Shown: piece by piece, positions 9,711-18,513 of the stretch | Layout of the letters: each line of letters begins with the position of its first letter | Position numbering within the stretch: the stretch's first letter is position 1 | NCBI GenBank assembly: GCA_000092065.1 | Contig: CP000597.1 | Strand: one strand, 5' to 3' | DNA: 64,000 nt | From: Ostreococcus lucimarinus | Taxonomy: Eukaryota | Position numbers and translations under genes: made by a program | Notes under the pieces: generated by a model | The model's database searches: none | What the model was told of the DNA's origin: nothing | Seen by the model: the letters and a program-made list of their open reading frames with translations, nothing else

Positions 9711-10186
9711 TCCGTGCGCTCGAATGTACCTGCGCGCGCCTCGCGAGCGTCGTCAGTGATGAATACGAACGGACACCGCGCGATCATCGCGCGCGCGTCG
9801 ACGCCCTTGCCGTTCGCGAGCGCGCGCGCGACGCAAACACTTCGCTCGCGCACCATCGCGCGTCGCGCCGCGCCATCCTCGCCCTCGCGCGTCCGCGCCG
9901 TCGCGCGCCGTCGCGCTCGATAGATTCGATAGATTCGATTCGTGTTCACCGCGCGCGCACGTCGTCTCCAGCGCCTCGCTCGCCGCGCGCGCGCGCGAGC
10001 GTGCGGCGCGATCGATGTCACGCCCGTCGACCGCGCGCGCTCGCACCGCGGGCGCTCGCGCGCGACGCGCGGCGCGTCTGAATGTGCCGCGCGCGCGTCC
10101 ACCGTTGACTCGACTCGTCATTCGTCGTCGCGCGCGCGCGCGCCGACGCGCGCGCGTCGCGTCGCGCGCGCGCGCGAGCGCGCATC

Positions 10187-10461
10187 ATGACGCGTGACCT
10201 CCCTCGCGCGCGCGAGGGCCGGGCGCGCGACGACGACGTCGCGAGCGACCGAGAAGTTTTGCTCGCGTCGTCCGTCGATGGCGACGCGAGAGACGCCGCG
10301 ACGACGACGTACGAGCGCGCGATGGACGCCGTGAGCGAAATCGCGTCGTCGAGCGCGCTCGCGGGCGCGCTCGCGGGGCCGCTGGGCATCGCTCGAGGGA
10401 CGGAGGCGACGGCGGCGACGGAGACGACGGCGGCGAGCGCGCGCGCGAACGAGGGCGCCGA

Positions 10462-10502
<41 letters not shown>

Positions 10503-11461
10503 GAACGCGAGCGCTGGAGAGTCAAGGGCGCATAGTCTCGCTGCTGGCGAGTTTTGAGCGCGGGACGCCGATGATGGCGCTGTTCTTGATGATTTTCTTT
10601 TATAAACACTTCGCGCAGCTCGCGTTCGTGGGGTGGTTGACGTACGCGCTGCTGCGGGCGAACGGACGGACGGTGACGGAGGTGGCGAAAAGAGAGGCGA
10701 GGAAGGTGGCGGACGTGGGAGCGGTGATGGTGGCGCTGCTCGCGCACTTGCTCGTCGTGTGGACGATGACACCGACCGGGCGACGGGCGCGAGGGATGTT
10801 TCAGGAACCGGCGGGATTTTGGACGTGCGCGTTTGACGTCGCGGCGCTCGATTTGTGCGCGAGGTACGCGTTCATCGTCGCGAAGTTGTTGATCGTGGCG
10901 TTGCCTATGCACGTGTTGCAGCGCGTGCTGAGAATTTCTAGCAAGGCGGCGGCGAAGATGCCGACTGCGCGCGTGTACAGACGGCGCGCGTCGTTGTTGA
11001 GCACGATCGAGTACGCGAACGCGGCGTGTCGAACGATGATTCCCGCGCCCGTGTGGTTAGCTTACTTCAAGAGAGAGCTTCCAAGCTTGTTTGCTTCCTT
11101 CGTCACGGGGCTTTACGTGATTTTCAAGCTCAGAGGCGTCGTTCAGCGCGGATTCGACTTCATCAACGCGGCGTCGATGTGGTTGACGGCGAGCAAAAGA
11201 GCGGGCGACATCGCGACGAGTGAAGACTTGATGGAAGCGGGCGATGTGTGCGCGATTTGCCGAGAACCGTGCGTGGACGCCACGAAACTGCGCTGTTCGC
11301 ACATATTTTGCGAAGACTGTATAGGAGAGTGGTTCGACCGACAGCCAAGTCGCGGAGCGAGTAGGGAGAAGACGTGCCCGGTGTGTCGAGCCGTCGTTCA
11401 CTCTGGAACGCTCAAAAGTTTTGGCGATGGCTCGACGCAGCTGTCGCCATTGTTCTTCTAG
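10187..11461 (+). CDS. Multi-pass membrane RING-finger (C3HC4) E3 ubiquitin ligase-like protein.
   Basis: ATG at 10187. An acidic DADDADDADDADDAG repeat is followed by at least four hydrophobic helices. The RING reads CAICREPCVDATKLRCSHIFCEDCIGEWFD...CPVCRAV at the C-terminus. Confidence 0.6.
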
Positions 11462-11569
11462 TACGTAGAGTTGTTGAAGGAGAGATGAATGAATATAAAA
11501 GTGCGATAGTTCACTATAGACTAGCGACTCTATGAGAAAGGTTTGGTGACGCTCAACACAACAATACAC

Positions 11570-12733
11570 TTACAGCTTTTCGTCGCCGTCCGCAGCGCGC
11601 AACTGACCGAGTTCGGTCGGCGCTTGCGTGCCACAGATGGTGGACTTACCGAAAGCGGCGGCGGTGTCAACACCCTTGGCCTTCTCTTCGGCAATCTTGC
11701 TCGAGATCCACTCAAACGTAACCTTCAAGCCGTCCGCGAGCTTGACAGACGGCGCCCAACCGAGCTTTTCCTTGATGAGTTCGTTGTTGGAGTTGCGACC
11801 GCGCACACCTTCCGGACCCGGAATATGCTTGATTGGCAAGTCCTTGCCCGCGAACTTCAACGTCATGGCTTGCATATCGTTCATGGAGATCATTTCGTCG
11901 GAACCGATGTTCACCGGCTCGGCGAAGTCGCTCTTGGTGAGACGCAAGATGCCCTCGACGCAATCGTCGATGTAGGTGAAAGAGCGCGTTTGCTTACCGT
12001 CACCCCACATTTCGACTTCGCTTTCAGCCGTCGCAGCCTTACGGCAGAACGCCGCCGGCGCCTTTTCGCGACCGCCCTTCCACGTGCCGTACGGACCGTA
12101 AATGTTGTGGAATCGACCGATGCGCGTCTGAATACCAAAATCTTGCTGGTAGTGCTTGTACACTTCCTCGCTCGCGAGCTTTTCGAGACCATACGCGTCT
12201 TGCGGCTGCGCCGGCCACGCGCTCGCTTCCTTCAACCCGTCTTGCATCTCCGTGCTCAACTGCGTGCCCTCCGGGTAGATGCACGCGCTCGACGCGTAAA
12301 AGCATCGCGTCACGCCCTGCACCCGCATCGCTTCCATCATATTGAAGGAAATCATCACGTTGTTGTAGAAGATGACGGAGTGGTTGGACTGAATGAATCC
12401 CATCCCTCCCATGTCCGCCGCGAGGTTGAAGCAGTGGTCGCACCCCTCGAGAACCTTTTTACAGTTTTCGTACAGCCTCAAATCAGCCAAGATGAACTCA
12501 TCGCAGAACATCGCCTCTTCCATGTGTTCATTGCGCTTCCAATCGCACGCCACGACGTGATGTCCCTCCTCTTTCAATCGTTTCGCGAGATGCGACCCGA
12601 TGAAACCTCCCGCGCCCGTCACGCAAATCTTCAGCTTCTTCTCCGGCCAGTACTCCTCCGTGCCGTAAATCCCGCGCAATTCGTACCCTGCGCGCGGCGA
12701 AACATCGTCAGTATTATTTTCCCTCCAAATCAT
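11570..12733 (-). CDS. GME: GDP-mannose 3,5-epimerase (NAD-dependent epimerase/dehydratase; ascorbate pathway).
   Basis: LKICVTGAGGFIGSHLAKRLKEEGHHVVACDWKRNEHM; YASSACIYPE; strongly GME-like along its whole length. The start was set at the ATG (CAT 12731-12733) of MIWRENNTDD. The ORF extends 117 codons further upstream as Arg-rich text. Confidence 0.8.
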   Translation of the reverse strand: MIWRENNTDDVSPRAGYELRGIYGTEEYWPEKKLKICVTGAGGFIGSHLAKRLKEEGHHVVACDWKRNEHMEEAMFCDEFILADLRLYENCKKVLEGCDHCFNLAADMGGMGFIQSNHSVIFYNNVMISFNMMEAMRVQGVTRCFYASSACIYPEGTQLSTEMQDGLKEASAWPAQPQDAYGLEKLASEEVYKHYQQDFGIQTRIGRFHNIYGPYGTWKGGREKAPAAFCRKAATAESEVEMWGDGKQTRSFTYIDDCVEGILRLTKSDFAEPVNIGSDEMISMNDMQAMTLKFAGKDLPIKHIPGPEGVRGRNSNNELIKEKLGWAPSVKLADGLKVTFEWISSKIAEEKAKGVDTAAAFGKSTICGTQAPTELGQLRAADGDEKL

Positions 12734-13372
12734 CGCCTCCCGCCCCGCGCGCGTCGTCGCGCGCGCCGCACCGCGCCGCCACGCGCGCCGTTTCCGGGTT
12801 CCGCACTCGCCCACGTCATCGGATAACTCGCGCGCGTCGCGCGTCGCGCGACGCCGCGCGCGACGCCGCGCGATCCGCGGGCGGCGCGAAAAATTCCCAC
12901 GCCTCGTTCTCGAGGTCGTCACGCACCGGCGGCCGCCATGTCGAGCGACGTTCGTCTCGTCTCGTTGTGCGGACGCGCGACGCTTTTCGCGCGTCGCGGC
13001 GGCGGCTCTCCGCAAACGACGCCGCGTGCGCAAACAGTGACGCGCTAAAAACCTGCGCGCGACGCGCGCACTTTTTCGTCTCATCGGCCTTTAAGACATC
13101 GCGATGCGATATCGCGCGCGCGTTCGTCCATTATGACTCATTCGACGGTTCGCGACTCGTCGATTGATTCGCCGCTAAAATCCGTCCCCTTGGCGGCGGC
13201 GCCCGGTCGCGGCGCCGCATTCCTCGACCGACGCGCGCGACGCGCGGGCGTGGACGCGCGCGCGGACGCGAACGAACGCGAGCGAACGATCGAGACGCCT
13301 CGCGATCGCGACGACCGCGCTCGAGCGGGCGAGCGGGCGCGAGGGGACGACGGGAACGGGCGACGCGTGACG

Positions 13373-13734
13373 ATGGCGCCGCCGCCGGCGAGCGCGGTGG
13401 ATGACGCGCGACTCGGGCCGTTGCTGGCGCCCGTGGAGGAGTATCTGCGCGCGTGTGGACTGAATAAGACGGTGCAAGCGATGCGGAGCGAACGGAAGCT
13501 GAAGGCGCACCGGACGCTGGTGGAGGCGAGCGAGGCGGCGGGGGCGGACGCGAGCGAGGGCGGCGCCGAGGCGCTCGTGGAGGCGTGGGAGGAGAGTCGA
13601 GGGGCGAAGCGCAAGGCGAATGATTCTAGCGGAGGGTCGGCGGCGAAGAAGGCGAAACCGGCGGATTCGAGCTCGTCGAGCGAGTCGGGGAAGAAAAGCG
13701 CGAGTGGGTCGGGTTCGAAGTCGTCGTCTTCGTC

Positions 13735-13770
<36 letters not shown>

Positions 13771-14996
13771 GGAGGAAGCGAAGAAGGAAAAGTCCAGCTC
13801 CTCGTCGTCGAGCAGCAGCAGCAGTAGTAGCTCGGAGAAAAAGGAGAAGTCGAGCGCATCTTCGAGCGATAGCGAATCGGACAAGAGCAAGAGCAAGAGC
13901 AAGAGCAAGAGTAGCTCTTCGTCTTCGTCTTCGTCTTCGTCTTCGTCTTCGTCTTCGTCTTCGTCTGAAAAACAGGAGGAAGCCAAGAAGGATGACTCGT
14001 CTTCGTCTTCGTCGTCTTCGTCGTCTTCGTCGTCTTCGTCAGAGAAGAAGAAAGAAAGCTCTTCCTCCTCATCGTCGTCCTCCTCCTCCTCTTCCTCGTC
14101 GGAAAAGAAGGAAGAAGCCAAGAAGGATTCCTCCTCTTCCTCCTCTTCCTCCTCTTCCTCCTCTTCCTCCTCTTCCTCCTCTTCCTCCTCTTCTTCTTCC
14201 TCGGAACAAAAGAAGGAAGAGACCAAGGATGACGCCTCCTCGTCATCTTCTTCTTCATCATCTTCTTCTTCTTCTTCTTCCTCGGAAGAAAAGAAGGAAG
14301 AGGAGAAGGATGACTCTTCGTCTTCCAGCAGCTCTTCGAGCTCTTCCTCAAAGTCCAAGTCCAAGTCCAAGTCGTCCTCATCTTCATCTTCATCTTCATC
14401 TTCATCTTCTTCGGAAAAGGCGGAAGAAGAGGCGAAGAAGGATGATTCTTCCTCGTCATCAAGCTCTTCAAGCTCCTCCTCCGACGCGAAATCTGAGTCC
14501 AAGTCGTCTTCGTCGTCCTCGTCTTCGTCTTCCAGCAGCTCGTCGAGCTCGAGCGACAAGGTACGCAAGGATAGCGCGAAGGGAAGCAAGAGCGCGCCTC
14601 CGGGCGAGAAGCAACCGGGTGTGCCTTTTCAAAGGTGAGAGCCTTCTTGTCCTCGGTGGCGCGTTTGACACCCTCATCGATGCATCGACACTCGTCTCGT
14701 TTGAAAAACTCGCGACTATTAACTCGTTTCTGAGACTGACGGCGACGCGTTATTCGTTTTCTTCACCGCACAGAGTTAATAGCGCGGAATGGTTGGGCAA
14801 GAAAGGCTCGTGGGATATGTCTTATGAAGGTACATTCGGTGATGCGGGATACGGCGCCAAGGCGCAGGAAGTCCTCGGACAAGTGCGTGGCGCGCGTTTT
14901 CAACACGAGAAGAACAAACGTAAACGAAGCTACTTTGGCGGAGCCATTGACGACAGCGCCGTGAATTCTATTAAATTTCAATCGGATAGCGAATAA
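13373..14996 (+). CDS. Nopp140/SRP40-like nucleolar phosphoprotein (LisH motif, Ser-acidic/Lys-basic repeats, SRP40_C domain), two exons: 13373..14634 and 14774..14996.
   Basis: LisH-like LGPLLAPVEEYLRACGLNKTVQAM near the N-terminus. About 330 aa of alternating poly-Ser and EEKKEE blocks follow. After splicing, the C-terminus is GSWDMSYEGTFGDAGYGAKAQEVL...RFQHEKNKRKRSYFGGAIDDSAVNSIKFQSDSE, matching the conserved SRP40_C tail. The intron runs 14635..14773 (AG|GTGAGA ... CACAG|A) and restores the frame. Confidence 0.6.
14635..14773 (+). other. Spliceosomal intron (139 nt) in the Nopp140-like gene.
   Basis: The donor GTGAGA lies at 14635-14640 and the acceptor CAG at 14771-14773. The in-frame TGA at 14636-14638 is removed by splicing, and exon 2 continues in the only frame carrying the SRP40_C-like tail. 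Confidence 0.6.
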
Positions 14997-15027
14997 GTTG
15001 TTAAAAACGACACTTCATAAAAGCAAA

Positions 15028-15052
15028 GAATGAATGAATGAATGAATGAATG
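15028..15052. repeat. (GAAT)6 microsatellite in the 58-bp gap between convergent 3' ends.
   Basis: gaatgaatgaatgaatgaatgaatg is read directly. It is flanked by the stops of the Nopp140-like gene (14996) and the channel gene (15055). Confidence 0.85.
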
Positions 15053-15054
15053 CA

Positions 15055-16536
15055 TTAAAACGCTACGTCTTCCTCTAATTCGAGCTCCAAACCGTCCAGG
15101 CCCGCCAAAAGATCGGCTTCGTCCAACGCCTTTCGGAGCTTTCTATTCTCCGTCCTCAGCGCTGCGATGGAGATCTCCTGAGATTTGATCTTCTTTCTCG
15201 CATCTCTCAACTCTTCGCGCTCTCGAAGGCGCAACCACTGCGAATCTTCGTCCATGGTCCCGCTCCAAAAATCGTTACCGAAGTCAGACGCCATCGTCGA
15301 CATCGCCTCTTCCTCTTGCGGCGACCTCCTCTTCGGCGCGATCGGCGGCCCCGCGAGTCCAATTTTTGCCATCGACGGCGGAGGCGCACTCAATGTCGCG
15401 CCTCCCTCTCCTATTCGTGCCTGCGCTTCGGTTTGCGCGGACACTAAAACCGCGAGCTGCAACGGGACGACGACGACGGCGGTTAAAATCGAAACCACCG
15501 TCGCCACGCGCCCTTGCGCCGTCGTCGCCTCGAAAGGTTGTCCGATGCCCGTCAGGGTCAAAAAACTCCAATAAATCGCGTCGCCTACGTCCGAAATGTT
15601 CGGATTCGTGTCGACTTCTAAATCATAAAACAACTCCCCGCTGATTAAAAACACGCACAAAAACTCCACGGCGACGGCGACGACTTTTTCGTTTTGCGTC
15701 TTCTCCCGCTTCGTCGTCTCGCGCGTCTTCTCTCCGTCGAGATCTAACACCCGGAGCAAGCGCAGCGCTCGAAACAAACGCAACGGGCGGAACTGCTCCG
15801 TCGCGCCCTGCCCCGCCCCCCCGATCCCGACTAAACTCAAGATGAACCCAAACGTCGGCAGCAGCGACAAAAAATCGATGAGCGCCACCGGCGAGCGCAA
15901 ATACTTCAACTGAAACTCCTCGCTCCACGCCCGCACGACGTACTCAAACAAGAATATCGCCTGCAAGCACGATTCCGCGCGTTCGATCCCCCCGTCCGCC
16001 AGCGCCGGCGCGAACGCCTTCGGCACGAATTGCGGCAGCACGTACTCCAGCGACACGCCTCGCGTCGCCGCCTCCGCCTCCAACGACTCGAATCCCGCGA
16101 TCACGAACACCAGCGCCGTCGTCCCGACCGTCCATATCCCGCTCGAATCCGCCAATTTCAAGCAATCCCTCGTGCGCTTCGCCAGCGACTGCGACGTCCA
16201 CTCCGCGAGCTCGAACGCCGCGCGCTCCGGGTCGTCGTCGTCGTTCTCCCGCCCCGTCCCTCGCGCGCCGCCGTCGACGTCGTCGAACGAGTCGTACGTC
16301 CCCGACCCGAAAAACATGCGTCTGACGTCTCTCGCGCGCCGTCGCGCGTTCGCGCGCGTCCCGCGCGCGTCCCGCGCGTCCCGCGCGCGTCTCGCCGTCG
16401 CCGTCGCCGTCGCCGTCGTCGCGTCGTCGCGCCGTCGCGTCGCCGTCGCGCGCGCCCGCGCGCGCGCGCGCCGCGCGCCGTCGCGCGCGACGCCGCGCGC
16501 GCCGATCTCGACGCGCGCGCGCGCGCGCGCCGCCAT
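15055..16536 (-). CDS. Voltage-gated cation-channel-superfamily protein (6TM with an S4 voltage sensor and a P-loop) carrying a non-canonical selectivity filter.
   Basis: S4-like RPLRLFRALRLLRVLDLDG; pore helix and filter AIYWSFLTLTGIGQPFE; S6 VATVVSILTAVVVVPLQLAVLVSA; a C-terminal coiled coil follows. The ORF-track start at 16611 is TTG. In-frame ATGs lie at 16536 (chosen) and 16317. Confidence 0.55.
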   Translation of the reverse strand: MAARARARVEIGARGVARDGARRARARARATATRRRDDATTATATATARRARDARDARGTRANARRRARDVRRMFFGSGTYDSFDDVDGGARGTGRENDDDDPERAAFELAEWTSQSLAKRTRDCLKLADSSGIWTVGTTALVFVIAGFESLEAEAATRGVSLEYVLPQFVPKAFAPALADGGIERAESCLQAIFLFEYVVRAWSEEFQLKYLRSPVALIDFLSLLPTFGFILSLVGIGGAGQGATEQFRPLRLFRALRLLRVLDLDGEKTRETTKREKTQNEKVVAVAVEFLCVFLISGELFYDLEVDTNPNISDVGDAIYWSFLTLTGIGQPFEATTAQGRVATVVSILTAVVVVPLQLAVLVSAQTEAQARIGEGGATLSAPPPSMAKIGLAGPPIAPKRRSPQEEEAMSTMASDFGNDFWSGTMDEDSQWLRLREREELRDARKKIKSQEISIAALRTENRKLRKALDEADLLAGLDGLELELEEDVAF

Positions 16537-16941
16537 CGCCGCCGTCTGCCGCGCCGCGCGCGCGCGCCGCGCGCGATGGGTCGCGAACCCGGCCGATCGC
16601 CCGTCGCCCAACCTCGCGCCGTCGATCGACGCCGCGCGCGCGAAACTCGCCTCGACGGGTCGCGCGCGCGCGTCGTGACGTCACGGCGTTTCGCGGTTAT
16701 AGCGCGCCAGGCCCCCTCCGTCGGCACCGTCGCGTGATTTTCGCATCGTTTCATAGCGTCATTCACATCGTTATACGCGCTCAATCCGTTATCCGTCGCC
16801 GTGTGCCACGACTCGATGCGTGTAACTGTAATTACACTGTATGCGCAGCCACGCGTGTCCGAACGGGTCGTCTCGCGTCGGTTCGGCGCGCGCGCGCGTC
16901 GCCGCGCCCCGCACACGGCGACGCGCGCGACGACGGCGACG

Positions 16942-18294
16942 ATGTACGCCCTCCGACGACGCGCGCTCGGCGCGGCGCGCGAACAAATCCACGCGCGTCT
17001 CGCTCGCGGCGCGTCCGCGGCGAACGCGACGGCGGCGACGACGCGCGACGTCGCGATGGCGACGACGCAGGGGGGCGTGCGCGCGAAGAGCGCGGGCGCG
17101 CACCACCTCGGCGACTTCAGCGATAAGGGGTTCCACGATCGCCCGCTCGCGCTCGAACACAACGGTGGATTGAAGGAGTACTCCGTCGTGTACACGGATC
17201 GAGCGATCAATCACATGTCGCCGGTGTTCTGCGAGACGATGAAGAACATCGACGGGATGATGAAGCGGGCGTACAACGCGAGCGGCGTGGTGATCATGCC
17301 GGGAAGCGGGACGTACGGGATGGAGGCGGTCGCGCGACAGTGGTGCAGCGGGAAAAAGGCGCTCGTGATTCGTAATGGGTACTTTAGCTATCGATGGACG
17401 GATATTTTTGAGCAAACGCAAATCCCGAGCGAGACGATCGTGATGCGAGGACGCGCGGTGGACGACGAAAAGACGCCGGCGTTCGCGCCACCGCCCTTGG
17501 CGGAGGTCGTGGAGATGATCAACAAGGAAAAACCCGCGGTGGTGTTCGCGCCGCACGTGGAGACGTCGACTGGGATCATTCTGCCGGATTCGTACATCAA
17601 GGCTGTGGCCGACGCCGTGCACGCGCACGGGGGGCTGTTCGTGCTCGATTCCATCGCGAGCGGCACGATTTGGGTGGACATGAAGGCGACCGGCGTGGAC
17701 GCCATCTTGAGCGCGCCGCAAAAGGGCTGGACTGGTCCGGCGTGCGCGAGCGTGATCATGCTCGGCGAACGCGGCGTGCACGCGACGCGCAACTCGCAAT
17801 CCACCTCCATGGTCATCAACATGCGCAAGTGGCTCGAAGTCATGGATGCCTACTTGGCGGGCGGGTTCGCGTACTACACCACCATGCCCACCGACGCGTT
17901 GACTTTGTTCGAACGCGCGGCGATGGCGACCGAAAAGGTTGGTTTCGACAAGGTCAAGCAAATGGCATGGGATCTCGGCACTGAGTGCCGCAAGATGATG
18001 GCGAGCAAGGGATTGAAATCCGTCGCCGCCAAGGGGTTCGAGGCGCCGGGCGTCGTCGTGTCGTACACGGATGACGCCACCATGTTCGCCAAGTTCAAGT
18101 CTAAGGGTTTCCAAATCGCCGCGGGCGTTCCGTTCATGATCAACGAACCCGCCGGCAACAACACTTTCCGCATCGGTTTGTTCGGCTTGGACAAAATCAT
18201 GAACAAGGACAACTGCATCAACACCCTCGAGCCGACGTTGGATGAAATTTTACGCGAAAACGCCGAAGCGGCCGGCGCCGAAGCCGCCTCTTAA
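16942..18294 (+). CDS. Class V (fold-type I) PLP aminotransferase of the AGXT/SGAT/PhnW family, with an organellar presequence.
   Basis: VVFAPHVETSTGIILPD; FVLDSIASG; SAPQKGWTGPA, the Lys-containing PLP site; a C-terminal FRIGLFGLD as in AGXT LRIGLLG. The ATG at 16942 begins MYALRRRALGAAREQIHARLARGASAANA. The ORF-track start at 16801 is GTG. Confidence 0.65.
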   Translation: MYALRRRALGAAREQIHARLARGASAANATAATTRDVAMATTQGGVRAKSAGAHHLGDFSDKGFHDRPLALEHNGGLKEYSVVYTDRAINHMSPVFCETMKNIDGMMKRAYNASGVVIMPGSGTYGMEAVARQWCSGKKALVIRNGYFSYRWTDIFEQTQIPSETIVMRGRAVDDEKTPAFAPPPLAEVVEMINKEKPAVVFAPHVETSTGIILPDSYIKAVADAVHAHGGLFVLDSIASGTIWVDMKATGVDAILSAPQKGWTGPACASVIMLGERGVHATRNSQSTSMVINMRKWLEVMDAYLAGGFAYYTTMPTDALTLFERAAMATEKVGFDKVKQMAWDLGTECRKMMASKGLKSVAAKGFEAPGVVVSYTDDATMFAKFKSKGFQIAAGVPFMINEPAGNNTFRIGLFGLDKIMNKDNCINTLEPTLDEILRENAEAAGAEAAS

Positions 18295-18513
18295 TTTCTT
18301 CGTCCGCGGAGATTAAGCACTTATACTCGAGCGACTCAAGCGAGCGACGCAAGTATCATTTAGCACGGCTGTAACTTTAACCACTTTACTCGTTTCGTTT
18401 TCGCCGTCGCCCAGAGCTCGAGTTCCAATTCTTGGCGCGCGAACGCGCGTCGTCCGCACTTCCACGCGCGTCGCGCACCCGCGCGCTCGCACGCACGCGC
18501 ACGCGCGCACACG

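Noticed and set aside
13700-14560. Highly periodic short repeats (tcttcg / agcagc units), considered as a CRISPR-like array or minisatellite.
   Set aside because: The units are 3 to 9 bp codon repeats with no spacer-repeat architecture, and they lie inside a coding exon (Ser/Lys/Glu blocks). This is not CRISPR.
13138-14589. 483-aa poly-Glu/Asp ORF on the minus strand.
   Set aside because: It is the exact reverse complement of the Ser-codon repeats of the Nopp140-like gene. The plus strand carries LisH and SRP40_C homology, and the minus strand has none.
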